A DNA stretch of 64,000 nucleotides, taken from positions 7,987 to 71,986 of the forward strand of contig CANSKT010000003.1 in assembly GCA_947647555.1 (NCBI GenBank), written 5' to 3'. Below, one piece after another: positions 10,376 through 22,087 of this stretch. Positions within the stretch are counted from its first letter, which is position 1, and the number at the start of each line of letters is the position of its first letter. The notes below the pieces were generated by a model. The model saw nothing but the letters and a program-made list of their open reading frames with translations, was not told the origin of the DNA and did not search any database. Source of the DNA: an uncultured Peptococcaceae bacterium (lineage in GTDB: Bacteria; Bacillota; Dehalobacteriia; UBA4068; UBA4997). Position numbers and translations under genes: made by a program.

Positions 10376-11899
10376 TTAATATTGCAAAAGGCTGTGCCCG
10401 GTCATCTCCGCCGGCTGGGTTACGCCCAAAAGCTCCAGCAATGTCGGCGCCAAATCGCATAGCGCGCCGCCCTCGGCCAGCTTGGCACCGCCGGCGTTAT
10501 TAGCCACATAAATCAACGGCACCGGTGAGGTGGTATGCGCCGTTACCGGCTTGCCCTCCTCATCAAGCAGACGCTCCACATTGCCATGGTCGGCCGTCAC
10601 CAAAAGCTGGCCGTCCACCGCCCGGATAGCTTCAACAATCTGCCCCAGACAATTATCGACAATTTCCACAGCCTTAACCGCCGCCGGAATAATACCAGTA
10701 TGCCCCACCATATCCGGATTGGCCAAATTTAAAATTATCAGATCAAATTCACCGCCGCGGATAGCCTCCACCACCCGACGGCAAACCTCCGGCGCGCTCA
10801 TTTCCGGCTGCAAATCATAGGTTGCCACCTTCGGCGAGGGTATCAGAATACGCTCCTCGCCGGGATTGGGTTCTTCAATACCGCCGTTAAAGAAAAATGT
10901 AACATGCGCATACTTTTCCGTTTCTGCAATACGCAGCTGCTTCAAACCGGCCGCCGCCGCCACCTCGCCCAGGGTTTGAGCCGGCGGCCGGCGCAAAAAG
11001 GCCACCGGCAAATTAAACGTCGCGTCATATTCCGTCATGCAGCAATAATGCAGGCTCGGCACAACCGACCGCGCAAATTCGGCAAAATCCGGCTCGGTCA
11101 GTGCTCGGGTAATCTCGCGCGCCCGGTCCGCCCGGAAATTATAGAAAACAACCGCATCGCCGTCCTGTAAAGTGCAGTCATAATCGGCCGGCAGAACCGG
11201 CTCCACAAATTCGTCCGTCACATCGGCCGCATAGCTGTCCTTAACTGCCGCCACCAAATTCGCCGCCTTGAGAGCCTCGCCCAGCACCATAGCGCGCCAG
11301 GCACGCTCAACTCTATCCCAACGCTTATCCCGGTCCATCGCCCAAAAACGTCCGCAAACCAGACCAATCCGGCCATAACCGGTCTGCGCCAGCTGCGCCT
11401 GCAACTTTTGCAGATAGCCCAGACCGCTAGTGGGCGGCACATCGCGTCCGTCCATAAAGCAATGCACAAAAACCTCCGGCACGCCCTGCGCTTCGGCCAG
11501 ACGCAGCAGCGCCAGCAAATGCTCATAATGACTATGTACGCCGCCATCAGAAAGCAGCCCCAGCAAATGCAAACGGCCGGAGCCTTTAAGCGCCGCCTGA
11601 CAAGCCGCCAGCAGCGCCGGATTTTGCGCAAAATCGCCGTCAGCAATGGCCTTATCAATCGCTGTCAAATCCTGATAGACCACGCGCCCGGCGCCAATAT
11701 TCAAATGGCCAACCTCTGAATTGCCCATCAGACCGTCCGGCAGACCAACCGCCAAACCGCTGGCCGCCAACTGCGTATGAGGACACTCCTGCCAAAGCGC
11801 ATTAAAATTGGGCAGCTGCGCCTTTGACAGCGCATCACCCGGCAGACCGGTGGGCATGCCCCAGCCGTCCAAAATGCAAAGCATTACGGGTTTTTTCAT
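10376..11899 (-). CDS. gpmI: 2,3-bisphosphoglycerate-independent phosphoglycerate mutase
   Basis: 507-aa ORF (MLCILDGWG..., NSEVGHLNIGAGR) sitting in the glycolytic operon. Confidence 0.95.
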   Translation of the reverse strand: MKKPVMLCILDGWGMPTGLPGDALSKAQLPNFNALWQECPHTQLAASGLAVGLPDGLMGNSEVGHLNIGAGRVVYQDLTAIDKAIADGDFAQNPALLAACQAALKGSGRLHLLGLLSDGGVHSHYEHLLALLRLAEAQGVPEVFVHCFMDGRDVPPTSGLGYLQKLQAQLAQTGYGRIGLVCGRFWAMDRDKRWDRVERAWRAMVLGEALKAANLVAAVKDSYAADVTDEFVEPVLPADYDCTLQDGDAVVFYNFRADRAREITRALTEPDFAEFARSVVPSLHYCCMTEYDATFNLPVAFLRRPPAQTLGEVAAAAGLKQLRIAETEKYAHVTFFFNGGIEEPNPGEERILIPSPKVATYDLQPEMSAPEVCRRVVEAIRGGEFDLIILNLANPDMVGHTGIIPAAVKAVEIVDNCLGQIVEAIRAVDGQLLVTADHGNVERLLDEEGKPVTAHTTSPVPLIYVANNAGGAKLAEGGALCDLAPTLLELLGVTQPAEMTGHSLLQY

Positions 11900-11925
11900 A
11901 TTATAATATACCTCTTTATTTCTGC

Positions 11926-12693
11926 TTATTCAACCGCGGCCATCACAATCTTATCAAAAGCCGCCGCGTCCAGGGAAGAACCGCCCACCAGCGCGCCGTC
12001 CACATCATCGCAGATTAACAGGCCGCTAATATTTTCCGGCGTAACGCCGCCGCCATACAAAATCCGAATATCATCAGCTATATCGCCGGCGCGTTCACGC
12101 AAAATCTGACGAATATAACCGCAGGCCTCCTGCGCGTCGGCCGTTGTGGCCGCCTGCTTGGTGCCAATCGCCCAAACCGGCTCATAAGCCACCACAATTT
12201 CCTGCTGATTATCCCAAAAATTCAGGCTCTCATAAAGCTGCGCTTCCAGCCACTGGCGCAACAAACCACCACGGCGTACGCTGATGCTCTCGCCCACGCA
12301 GATAATCGGCGTCATACCGGCATTAACCGCCGCGCCGCATTTGCGAGAAACCATTTCACTGGACTCCTGCAACAACACACGGCGTTCAGAATGGCCGCAA
12401 ATTACATATTTGGTCTGAAACTCCTGCAACATCGCGGCAGAAATCTCGCCGGTGAAAGCGCCTTTTTCCTGCCAGAAAATATTCTGCGCCCCCAGACCCA
12501 TAACCGCGCCCAGCCGCTGGCGCTCCTGATAAAGCGCATAAAGCGCCGTGAAAGGCGCGCAAACCGCAACCTCCACCAAATCCTTTTCTGCGGCCTTTTC
12601 AGCAGCCATTCCATAAAAATCGTTCAACCAGCTTATGGCCTCCGCCGCTGTTTTATTCATCTTCCAGTTTGCCGCCAGCAAGGTTTTTCTCAT
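11926..12693 (-). CDS. tpiA: Triosephosphate isomerase
   Basis: 255-aa ORF with ANWKMN, CGHSERR and AYEPVWAIGT motifs. Confidence 0.95.
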   Translation of the reverse strand: MRKTLLAANWKMNKTAAEAISWLNDFYGMAAEKAAEKDLVEVAVCAPFTALYALYQERQRLGAVMGLGAQNIFWQEKGAFTGEISAAMLQEFQTKYVICGHSERRVLLQESSEMVSRKCGAAVNAGMTPIICVGESISVRRGGLLRQWLEAQLYESLNFWDNQQEIVVAYEPVWAIGTKQAATTADAQEACGYIRQILRERAGDIADDIRILYGGGVTPENISGLLICDDVDGALVGGSSLDAAAFDKIVMAAVE

Positions 12694-12726
12694 ATTCTAT
12701 ACCACCCGTTAATTATATTATTGCTT

Positions 12727-13926
12727 TTATTCCTCTGCTTCCAGCAGAACGTCCACGCCAGGCAAACGCCGCCCCTCCAGATATTCCAAAGTGGAACCGC
12801 CGCCGGTGGAAACATGTGTAATCATATAGTTTACGCCAACCTGGTCAATCGCCGCCAGAGAATCACCGCCACCCACAATCGTGGAACCCTGTGATTTGGC
12901 GCAGGCAACCGCAATCGCCTCGGTGCCTTTCGCAAAATTGGGCATCTCAAAAACGCCCATCGGGCCGTTCCAGATAACAGTGGCCGCACTGCGGATAATC
13001 GCGGAATAGGTGTTAATCGTCTTTTCACCCATATCCAGCGCCATCCAGCCCTCCGGCACCTCGCCCACGCCCATGTTGCGGTAATGCGCATCATTATCAA
13101 ACTTATCCGCCACAATCAAATCGTCTGGCAGCACAATCTTCTTTTCAATATCGTTCTGCAAAAGTTCGCGCACCAATTCCACATAATCCTCGGAAAGTTT
13201 GGAAGCGCCCATATTATGCCCCATTGCATGCAGGAAAGTGTTGGCCATAGCGCCGCCAATCAGCAGTCTATCCACCTTGGGCAACAGATTTTTAATCACG
13301 CCGATTTTATCGCTAACCTTAGCGCCGCCCATAATCGCCACACAGGGACGGTAAGGCGCCGTTAAAATTTTGCTCATCATCACCAAATCTTTTTCCAGCA
13401 GCAGGCCGGAAACCGCCGGCAGATACTCGGCAATCGCAGCAATAGAAGCATGCGCCCGATGCACGGTGCCAAAAGCGTCGTTTACATAAATTTCGCCCAG
13501 TTTAGCCAGCTTGGCCGCAAAGCCCTTATCGTTGGCCTCCTCCTCACGATAAAAACGCAGGTTTTCCAACAACAAAACTTCACCGGGCTGCAAAGCCTGC
13601 GCCATCTCCTCGGCCTTGGGGCCAATACAGTCCTCACAGAAATTAACTTTGGTATCCAAAAGCCGCGTCAGATAAGGCACCAGATTAGCCAAAGAATATT
13701 TCATATTCCGTTCGCCTTTCGGCCGCCCCAAATGGCTCATCAAAACCACGCTGGCGCCGCGTTTCAGCAGATAATGCAGAGTAGGCAAAGTGCCGTTAAT
13801 CCGCGTTAAATCTGTCGGCTCGCCTTTGTCATCTCGCGGCACATTATAATCAACACGCATCAGAATACGTTTGCCACAAACATCAATATCACGAATTGTT
13901 TTTTTATGATAAGTTGCAATAGCCAT
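12727..13926 (-). CDS. pgk: Phosphoglycerate kinase
   Basis: 399-aa ORF with [15 protein letters not shown] and GGGDS motifs. Confidence 0.95.
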   Translation of the reverse strand: MAIATYHKKTIRDIDVCGKRILMRVDYNVPRDDKGEPTDLTRINGTLPTLHYLLKRGASVVLMSHLGRPKGERNMKYSLANLVPYLTRLLDTKVNFCEDCIGPKAEEMAQALQPGEVLLLENLRFYREEEANDKGFAAKLAKLGEIYVNDAFGTVHRAHASIAAIAEYLPAVSGLLLEKDLVMMSKILTAPYRPCVAIMGGAKVSDKIGVIKNLLPKVDRLLIGGAMANTFLHAMGHNMGASKLSEDYVELVRELLQNDIEKKIVLPDDLIVADKFDNDAHYRNMGVGEVPEGWMALDMGEKTINTYSAIIRSAATVIWNGPMGVFEMPNFAKGTEAIAVACAKSQGSTIVGGGDSLAAIDQVGVNYMITHVSTGGGSTLEYLEGRRLPGVDVLLEAEE

Positions 13927-13963
13927 TTTTAATCTCCCCTTTTTTAACAGCAGATAAATGCGC

Positions 13964-14000
13964 CAAAAGTATCGGTTATAATTTATAACCGATACTTTTG
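13964..14000 (-). terminator. Perfect 17-bp hairpin between gap and pgk (attenuator or processing element)
   Basis: The inverted repeat is CAAAAGTATCGGTTATAA-T-TTATAACCGATACTTTTG. Confidence 0.6.
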
Positions 14001-14013
14001 TTCAATTAGCATA

Positions 14014-15138
<1,125 letters not shown>

Positions 15139-15207
15139 TTAAAAGGCAACTTTTGTTTTTATTCCATATTATTGTATTCTATATTCATTTTACCATAACT
15201 ATAAAAA

Positions 15208-15242
15208 AAGTGCAACTCTTTTTATAGAAAAGAGTTGCACTT
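15208..15242 (-). terminator. Terminator after the solute-binding protein gene
   Basis: AAGTGCAACTCTTTT-tatag-AAAAGAGTTGCACTT stem flanked by A and T runs. Confidence 0.7.
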
Positions 15243-15248
15243 AATATA

Positions 15249-16559
15249 TTACTCAGGCAATGTTTCAGCCTGCAAACGGTCAAACTCTGCCATACATTCA
15301 TCAACCGTAGCGCCGGCCAGCAGCTGCCGCACCACCAGACAGATATTACCCCATTGCTCCAGCTTCATATTAGCATTGGAGCCCAAAACATAAACATTTT
15401 CTTCAATCCGGTCATTCAGCGGCTTCAAAGACGGCACACAATCCACCCTGACATTTTCAGAGGGCGAAATGACCCGATTAATTTCCGCATAGATTTGCAA
15501 AGCCTCGTCAGAAGTTATCACATCAAGAACGGCCATCGCGTCCTCGGCATGTTCTGCATTAATGCCCACGCCAAAACCGGTCATTGATATAACCGGCATC
15601 TGCCCCTGGTGTGAGGGGAAACCGATAACCTGCATTTCAAAATCCGTGCCGCCATAGGCAGTTTCAGCATTAGCCGCGCCCCAATAGGCCATCACAATCG
15701 GCGTTACCTGGGCCCGAAAATCCGCGCCCTCGCCCTCAATCGCCTCGCTGTTCAGGGCTTTTTCCGTATCAATATAACCGTTGTCAATCAACTGCTGCAA
15801 AAATTCAAAGCCTGGGCGCATATAATCGCTATATTTACGCTCGCCGCTGTTCAGCGCCGCAATTTCAGCCTCAACGTCGCCGCCATTATACAAATCGGCA
15901 TACGCAATCGCCAGCACAAAGGTTTCCAGCCACCAACGATTAGCGCCAATCGGCGTTTCATAACCGTTTTTCTGAAGCACCCGACAACATTCCAAAAATT
16001 CCTCCGGCGTATTGGGCAATTCCAGATTGCAGGCGTCAAATATATCCTTATTAATGAACAGACCATAAGCCACAACCTCCTGCGGCACGGCCACCAGCTT
16101 GCCGTCCACCATATTGGCCGTCAGCACAACATCGCGCAGATTTTGTGTGCAGGCCAGCCCGGATAAATCCATCAGCTCGCCCTCCGCCGCCAGCGCCATA
16201 ATGATGTCGGGATTTAACAAATATAAATCGTCCATATCGTTGCGCGCTCTGTCCAAAAGCACCTCATCGTAAGTTTTATCTTTGCTATCCTCCGCCGTAT
16301 AGGTACGATATGCCACGCGCACGCCCAGGCGCTCCTCTGCCAAAAGTATTGTCATATCCGCTGCGCTTCTGGCCACATTTTCCACATTGGGGTCAGTTTT
16401 TTCCATAGGACTAAACAAGTTAACAATCCTGATGTCACTTTCAGAAGAAATAATCATACTCGTGTCATCTTTAGGCCCACCGCAGGCCGCAAGCATAAAC
16501 AGCGTCAGCAGCGCCAGCCCGGCCGCCAGGCATTTTCTGGTGTTAAACTTTTTCTTCAT
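15249..16559 (-). CDS. ABC-type extracellular solute-binding lipoprotein (family 1, sugar-type)
   Basis: 436-aa ORF with a lipobox (LFMLAAC) and an overall SBP_bac_1-like sequence. Confidence 0.75.
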   Translation of the reverse strand: MKKKFNTRKCLAAGLALLTLFMLAACGGPKDDTSMIISSESDIRIVNLFSPMEKTDPNVENVARSAADMTILLAEERLGVRVAYRTYTAEDSKDKTYDEVLLDRARNDMDDLYLLNPDIIMALAAEGELMDLSGLACTQNLRDVVLTANMVDGKLVAVPQEVVAYGLFINKDIFDACNLELPNTPEEFLECCRVLQKNGYETPIGANRWWLETFVLAIAYADLYNGGDVEAEIAALNSGERKYSDYMRPGFEFLQQLIDNGYIDTEKALNSEAIEGEGADFRAQVTPIVMAYWGAANAETAYGGTDFEMQVIGFPSHQGQMPVISMTGFGVGINAEHAEDAMAVLDVITSDEALQIYAEINRVISPSENVRVDCVPSLKPLNDRIEENVYVLGSNANMKLEQWGNICLVVRQLLAGATVDECMAEFDRLQAETLPE

Positions 16560-16563
16560 CTAT

Positions 16564-19146
16564 CTATGCCTCCCGTTTAGTATATTGTTTTATAACTTTT
16601 TTCAGCAAATCAACATCAATCGGTTTCGCCACATGTGCATTCATACCAGCATCTAAAGCGGCCTTTTCATCTTCCGCAAAGGCGTTCGCCGTCATGGCAA
16701 TAATCGGAATTTCCCGGGCGTCGTCACGCATCAAAGCCCGGATAGCCCTGGTTGCGTCATAACCGTTCATAACCGGCATTTGCACGTCCATTAAAATCGC
16801 GTCAAATTCAGCAAGCGAGGCCTGCGCAAAGCGCTCCACAGCCAGCTGGCCATTTTCCACAATTTCACAACTGGCCCCCTCCATATCCAAAATCTCCGTT
16901 AAAATTTCAGCATTAATCTCATTATCCTCTGCGGCCAGAAAATGCAATCCCTCTAAATTATCTTCTATTTCCGGTTCCAAATCTTCCTTTTCATCTTCAC
17001 CGGATTGCATAATCAAAAGCCGCTCCTTAAAGGCCGACACAAAGAACGGTTTATTGAGAATATCCACATTCTCAATTTCCAGCGCAGCCTCCAACCCCTC
17101 CGTATCATAAGCCGCCAAGCAGAAAATCGGCATGCTCTCCGGCAGAAAACTACGCAGCTGCTTTAAGGCCGACAATCCAGCCAAATCAGGCAAACACCAG
17201 TCCAGCAGAACAATCTGATAACTCTGTCCGGCGGCCAACAACTGCCGAGCCTCCGGTAAATCCAGCGCCAAGTCCACCTCAACGCCCATATCGTCCATCA
17301 AGGTTTTAATATTATCGCCCGTTTCAGCATCTTCCACCACGGCCAAAATACGTCTGATACCACTTTCCGCCCAGAACTTCCGCTCCATCTGTACCTCTGG
17401 AATACGAAATTCCAAATCCACCTTAAACAGGCTGCCCTTATTGACCTCACTGCTTACGTCAATGCTGCCGCCCATCAGTTCCACAATATTCTTGGTAATC
17501 GCCATGCCCAGACCCGTACCCTGTACCTTGTTGGTAGTGCTGTTCTCGGCGCGCGTAAAGGCTTCAAAAATTGTCGCCAGATATTCCGGAGTCATGCCAT
17601 AACCATTATCCTCAACCTCAATGCGAATATGCTCATATTGGTTGGAGCGCTGCTTCTGTCCAATAATTCTGAACCAGATAGTACCGCCATTTGGCGTATA
17701 TTTAACCGCATTAGAAAGCAGATTAATCAAAATCTGGTTCATTCTGGTTTCATCGCCCAACAGATACTCATGCTTAATTCCAGTAACCTCAACATAAAAT
17801 TCCTGCTGTTTGGCCTTGGCCATTGGCTGAATAATCGCATCAACAGAAGCCACCAGGTCATTCAGGGTAAACTCCTCAATATTAAGTACAACCTTGCCGC
17901 TTTCAATTTTAGAAACATCTAAAACATCATTAATAAGACTGAGTAAATGCTGACCAGAAGCCATAATTTTGCTGGTATAATCCCGAACCTTAACCGGATT
18001 TTCCGCTTCTGTTGTCAGCAAACGCGCAAAGCCCAAAACCGCATTCATTGGCGTGCGGATATCATGCGACATATTGGAAAGAAACATCGTTTTGGAATTG
18101 CTGGCAATCTGCGCCGCCAACAAGGCTTCAGACAACTGTTTATTATGTATCTCTCGTTCTGTTTCCCGTTCCCGGGCTATTTTTTGCTGCTGACGCTGAC
18201 TAAAATAATACAAAAGACAGCAAATGAAGAATGCCAGTAACATTGACACTACAACCAGAATAAGATTATGATTAACCGTTTTACCCTCCTGCTGAATGGC
18301 TTCAACCGGCACATAACCAATCAGGAAAATATTGCCGTCATTAACCGACCACATATAATTAAGCGCATGCACACCCCGAATATAATGATAAAACAAAATA
18401 TTCTGATTGTTGATTAAACAATCCTTTACTTCAGCTCTGAGGGAGTCATCTATAATATTATTGGCACGGTAAAAATCGTCCAAATTCAAATGCCCGGCAC
18501 TACGCTTGCCCATACCCTCCGGCTTTAAAACAAAACGCTCGCTTTCAGCGTCCATGATATAAAGCGTGGCCTGCGCATTATAAAAGCCCTCTGGCAGGAA
18601 ACGATCAATAAAATCATAGGTATATTCCATATAAAGCGTGGCAATTTCCTGGCCGTCTTTCCGCACCGGACATTTAATGGAATAAGCCCAGGTGCCCATA
18701 TAGTTCACATATGATTGCGAAACCGACAGACCGTTTATCACATTTTCAGCCGAAAAATCCAGTTCATCAGCCGAAAAAACCTCATCAATATTGGAAACGC
18801 CCTGCGTCTGGCCAGCCATAATTAATGAAATTTTAGCTATTGTCCGGTTTTTTTCATAATTACGAACATATTCTTCCGGGTTATCCACGCGCGCCAGTTC
18901 CTGCGCAATCAGCATTTGAAATTCTGTTTCATTATTAAAAATTGACTCTATGGTACACTTAATTAAATCCAGACTCTCACTCAGGTTCTGGATTGCGGAA
19001 TCAGACATTTCACGTGATATTTTCTGGGATATCGAAAAAACAAGCGTTCCTAAAATACAAAAAATTAATATAATAGGTAGAAAAAAATAAATGCCCTTAT
19101 TTTTTTTGATTTGATTTATCGGCTCTTTCATTACTAAAGACCCCAT
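16564..19146 (-). CDS. Hybrid sensor histidine kinase with two receiver domains
   Basis: 860-aa ORF. It has two TM segments flanking a periplasmic-type domain, an H-box (FLSNMSHDIRTPMNAV), N and G boxes, and two REC domains (LLDWCLPDL, ILMDVQMPVMNG). Confidence 0.9.
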   Translation of the reverse strand: MGSLVMKEPINQIKKNKGIYFFLPIILIFCILGTLVFSISQKISREMSDSAIQNLSESLDLIKCTIESIFNNETEFQMLIAQELARVDNPEEYVRNYEKNRTIAKISLIMAGQTQGVSNIDEVFSADELDFSAENVINGLSVSQSYVNYMGTWAYSIKCPVRKDGQEIATLYMEYTYDFIDRFLPEGFYNAQATLYIMDAESERFVLKPEGMGKRSAGHLNLDDFYRANNIIDDSLRAEVKDCLINNQNILFYHYIRGVHALNYMWSVNDGNIFLIGYVPVEAIQQEGKTVNHNLILVVVSMLLAFFICCLLYYFSQRQQQKIARERETEREIHNKQLSEALLAAQIASNSKTMFLSNMSHDIRTPMNAVLGFARLLTTEAENPVKVRDYTSKIMASGQHLLSLINDVLDVSKIESGKVVLNIEEFTLNDLVASVDAIIQPMAKAKQQEFYVEVTGIKHEYLLGDETRMNQILINLLSNAVKYTPNGGTIWFRIIGQKQRSNQYEHIRIEVEDNGYGMTPEYLATIFEAFTRAENSTTNKVQGTGLGMAITKNIVELMGGSIDVSSEVNKGSLFKVDLEFRIPEVQMERKFWAESGIRRILAVVEDAETGDNIKTLMDDMGVEVDLALDLPEARQLLAAGQSYQIVLLDWCLPDLAGLSALKQLRSFLPESMPIFCLAAYDTEGLEAALEIENVDILNKPFFVSAFKERLLIMQSGEDEKEDLEPEIEDNLEGLHFLAAEDNEINAEILTEILDMEGASCEIVENGQLAVERFAQASLAEFDAILMDVQMPVMNGYDATRAIRALMRDDAREIPIIAMTANAFAEDEKAALDAGMNAHVAKPIDVDLLKKVIKQYTKREA

Positions 19147-19302
19147 TTCCCTGCTTAAGTCCAGCTATACCTAACAAGGCAAATAGCACCTAAATTTGTC
19201 CAATCTGTTCAAGATAAAATTATACTATATTATACCATAGAAAAAATAATTTTGCACCTATATTTTTATAATTTGCTTAAATAAATTCTAACATTCGCAA
19301 AA

Positions 19303-19330
19303 GAAGCCGCCTGTTAAACAGACGGCTTCT
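19303..19330 (-). terminator. Terminator downstream of tRNA-Pro
   Basis: AGAAGCCG ... CGGCTTCT stem followed by a T run on the minus strand. Confidence 0.55.
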
Positions 19331-19363
19331 TTATTGTGTAGTTATTTCATACATACACCAAGG

Positions 19364-19440
19364 TGGTCGAGGTGACAGGATTCGAACCTGCGGCCTCTGC
19401 GTCCCGAACGCAGCGCTCTACCAAACTGAGCCACACCTCG
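19364..19440 (-). tRNA. tRNA-Pro (anticodon CGG)
   Basis: The reverse complement folds as a cloverleaf: acceptor CGAGGTG/CACCTCG, D arm GCTC/GAGC, anticodon stem CTGCG/CGCAG with loop TTCGGGA, and T arm GCAGG-TTCGAAT-CCTGT. The CCA end is encoded. Length is 77 nt. Confidence 0.92.
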
Positions 19441-19452
19441 CCAACGCAGATT

Positions 19453-19481
19453 ATTATACCACACAAGGCTATTTTTGTCAA
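19453..19481 (-). promoter_or_regulatory. Consensus sigma-A promoter for tRNA-Pro
   Basis: The minus strand reads TTGACA, a 17-nt spacer, then TATAAT, ending about 12 nt before the tRNA 5-prime end. Confidence 0.75.
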
Positions 19482-19503
19482 TAATAAATTTTTAAAAAAA
19501 TGC

Positions 19504-19532
19504 TTGACATTACCCGGGGTTTATGATATTAT
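19504..19532 (+). promoter_or_regulatory. Sigma-A promoter for the amino-acid ABC operon
   Basis: TTGACA, a 17-nt spacer, then TATTAT. It is divergent from the tRNA promoter. Confidence 0.65.
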
Positions 19533-19614
19533 CACTTTAGCGAAATAAAGCAGATTTTGCTTCGGCAATTTCTACTATTTTTATTTTTACCAAAAGAAAG
19601 TGAGCGATTACAAA

Positions 19615-20478
19615 ATGAAGAAAAGTTTAATGAAGAAATTTTTGCTGGTTTTAAGCTGTCTGTTGGCTATGGGGCTGTTAGCCGCCTGCTCTGACTCTGA
19701 TAAAAAACAGGACGCAAACAATGCTAATAATCAGCAGAATGAAACTGAACTGACCGGTTGGGCCTACATAGAAAATAAAGGCGAGTTAATTGTCGGCCTG
19801 GACGACGCCTTTGCGCCGATGGGTTTCCGCGATGAGGACGGCAATCTGGTGGGCTTTGATATTGACTTGGCCAACGCCGCCGGCGAATATCTTGGTCTTA
19901 ATGTTACTTTCAAGCCTATCGACTGGGACGCCAAGGATATGGAGCTTTCCTCCAAACGCATTGACTGCATCTGGAACGGCATGTCAGTTCTGCCGGAGCG
20001 TATTGAGGCTTATTCTCTGACTAAAAAATATTTGAACAACAAAATCGTAATCATGACCTTAGACCCGGAACTGAATATTACATCTACCGCGGATTTGGCT
20101 AATGTAACTCTGGGCACGCAGGTTAGCAGTGCGGCGCTCTCCACCATGCAGGCAAACCCGGATTGGAGCACCTTTGAAGCTAATGTTACCGAATACGCTA
20201 CTTATGACGAAGCCATTCTGGCTATGCAAGGCGGCCGCGTACAAGCTATTGTGGTTGACCAGGTGCTGGGCGAATACAAAAACGCCAACATGGATAATGC
20301 GATGAGCGTTTGTGATTTTGGCTTTGGCGACGACTTCTACGCTATCGGCTGCCGCAAGGGTGAAACTGATGTGGCTGATAAAATTAATGAAGCTATTCAG
20401 GCTTTGATTGATAACGGCAAGGCTGCGGAAATTTCTGAAAAATGGTTCGGCACCAATATTGTTATTCTGGTGGATTAA
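19615..20478 (+). CDS. Polar amino-acid ABC transporter substrate-binding lipoprotein
   Basis: Lipobox LLAAC and an SBP_bac_3-like body (DDAFAPMGFRD, IDCIWNGMS). The ATG at 19615 follows GAAAGTGAG; the ORF track starts at GTG 19600. Confidence 0.85.
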   Translation: MKKSLMKKFLLVLSCLLAMGLLAACSDSDKKQDANNANNQQNETELTGWAYIENKGELIVGLDDAFAPMGFRDEDGNLVGFDIDLANAAGEYLGLNVTFKPIDWDAKDMELSSKRIDCIWNGMSVLPERIEAYSLTKKYLNNKIVIMTLDPELNITSTADLANVTLGTQVSSAALSTMQANPDWSTFEANVTEYATYDEAILAMQGGRVQAIVVDQVLGEYKNANMDNAMSVCDFGFGDDFYAIGCRKGETDVADKINEAIQALIDNGKAAEISEKWFGTNIVILVD

Positions 20479-20507
20479 ACCTATAACTTAATTGATAATA
20501 ACAACCC

Positions 20508-20544
20508 CAGTTCAACAGTGCCTTTGCCGGGCGCTGTTGAACTG
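20508..20544 (+). other. Intercistronic stem-loop between the SBP and permease genes
   Basis: 11-bp stem (CAGTTCAACAG ... CTGTTGAACTG) with a weak T tail. Such hairpins commonly stabilise or partially terminate the SBP message. Confidence 0.5.
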
Positions 20545-20567
20545 CTTTGGAATAAAGGATTTTTGCT

Positions 20568-21266
20568 ATGGATTTTCTGGCTGATTTTACAGACTGGCTG
20601 TCCGCCAACCTGAATTATGCAGAACTAATTCTGCCCTCGCTGCTAAAAGGCACCCTCATGACTATCAAGGTGTTTCTGGTCACCCTGATTTTTTCCATTC
20701 CACTGGGTCTGCCGCTGGCGCTGGGCAGTGAAAGCCGCTGGTGGCCAATACGCTGGTTCTGCCGTTTCTATGTTTTCATTTTCCGCGGCACGCCGCTGAT
20801 GTTGCAGCTGTTTTTTGTCTATTTTATTCTGCCTATCTACACCGGCTTGATGATTGACGCAGTAACCTCGGCCATGATTACTTTTGTGCTGAATTATGCC
20901 GCTTATCTCTCAGAAATTTACCGCGGCGGCATTAAATCCATTGACCGGGGGCAATATGAAGCCGCCGCCTGTCTGGGGTTAAGTCGCACGCAGACTATTT
21001 GCGGCATTGTACTGCCGCAAATGATTCGTGTAGTACTGCCGGCCGTGGGCAATGAGATGATTACACTGGTTAAAGATACCTCGCTGGTTTATGCGCTGGG
21101 TGTAACAGAGTTGCTAAAAGCCTCTCGCGCCGCCGTAAACCGCGACGGCAACCTGATGGCCTATCTGCTGGCCGCCATCATTTACCTGATACTGACTTTT
21201 GCCCTAACCAAACTGCAAAGTTATTTGGAAAAACGCTTTTCCCGGCATGAACAGAGGAGTGAGTAA
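20568..21266 (+). CDS. Amino-acid ABC transporter permease (HisMQ/GlnP type)
   Basis: 232-aa ORF, multi-TM, carrying an EAA-like loop ([22 protein letters not shown]). Confidence 0.88.
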   Translation: MDFLADFTDWLSANLNYAELILPSLLKGTLMTIKVFLVTLIFSIPLGLPLALGSESRWWPIRWFCRFYVFIFRGTPLMLQLFFVYFILPIYTGLMIDAVTSAMITFVLNYAAYLSEIYRGGIKSIDRGQYEAAACLGLSRTQTICGIVLPQMIRVVLPAVGNEMITLVKDTSLVYALGVTELLKASRAAVNRDGNLMAYLLAAIIYLILTFALTKLQSYLEKRFSRHEQRSE

Positions 21267-21268
21267 CC

Positions 21269-22033
21269 ATGGCCGCCTTACTGGAATTAAACAATATTTG
21301 CAAACGCTTTGGCAATGTGCAGGCGCTAAACGATGTATCCCTGCATGTTGCCAAAGGAGAAACCGTGGCAATCATCGGTCCCTCCGGTTCCGGCAAAAGT
21401 ACCCTGCTGCGCTCCGTCAACTATCTGGAAAAAATAACCTCTGGAGAAATTATCATCAACGGCCGGACGCTGGTAACCTCTCCACAGGGTAAGCCGGAAT
21501 ATCTGCCAGAAAAAGAAATACGCCGAATTTGCAGTGAAATCGGCATGATTTTCCAGCATTTTAACCTTTTTCCGCATATGACCGCGCTGGCGAATATCAC
21601 CTACGCGCCGATTAAGGTAAAAAAACAGCCCGCCGACGAAGCCACGGCCGAGGCCAAACGCCTTTTAGAAATGGTAGGACTGGCCGACAAAGCCGAGCGT
21701 TATCCGGCGCAGCTTTCCGGCGGCCAGAAACAACGCGTCGCTATTGCGCGCGGACTGGCCATGCAGCCAGAATTAATGCTCTTCGACGAGCCAACCTCGG
21801 CGCTGGACCCGGAAATTACCGGCGAGGTATTAAACGTGATGAAAACCCTGGCCGAGCAACGCATGACTATGCTGGTGGTAACGCATGAAATGGGCTTTGC
21901 CCGGGAGGTGGCAGACCGGGTTATCTTCATGGCCGACGGCTCTATTATTGAACAGGGTTCGCCTCGAGATATTTTTGATAATCCGCAAAGTGAGCGCCTG
22001 AAAAACTTTTTAAGTTCCGTTATTCATAATTAA
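21269..22033 (+). CDS. Amino-acid ABC transporter ATP-binding protein (GlnQ type)
   Basis: Walker A (GPSGSGKST), signature (LSGGQKQR) and Walker B ([12 protein letters not shown]). Confidence 0.92.
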   Translation: MAALLELNNICKRFGNVQALNDVSLHVAKGETVAIIGPSGSGKSTLLRSVNYLEKITSGEIIINGRTLVTSPQGKPEYLPEKEIRRICSEIGMIFQHFNLFPHMTALANITYAPIKVKKQPADEATAEAKRLLEMVGLADKAERYPAQLSGGQKQRVAIARGLAMQPELMLFDEPTSALDPEITGEVLNVMKTLAEQRMTMLVVTHEMGFAREVADRVIFMADGSIIEQGSPRDIFDNPQSERLKNFLSSVIHN

Positions 22034-22042
22034 AAGCAAAAA

Positions 22043-22077
22043 CAAGCCAGCCCCAAGATGAGCCGGCTTGTTTTTTT
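22043..22077. terminator. Bidirectional terminator between convergent operons
   Basis: CAAGCC ... GGCTTG stem followed by TTTTTTT. Confidence 0.5.
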
Positions 22078-22087
22078 ATATGAACAT

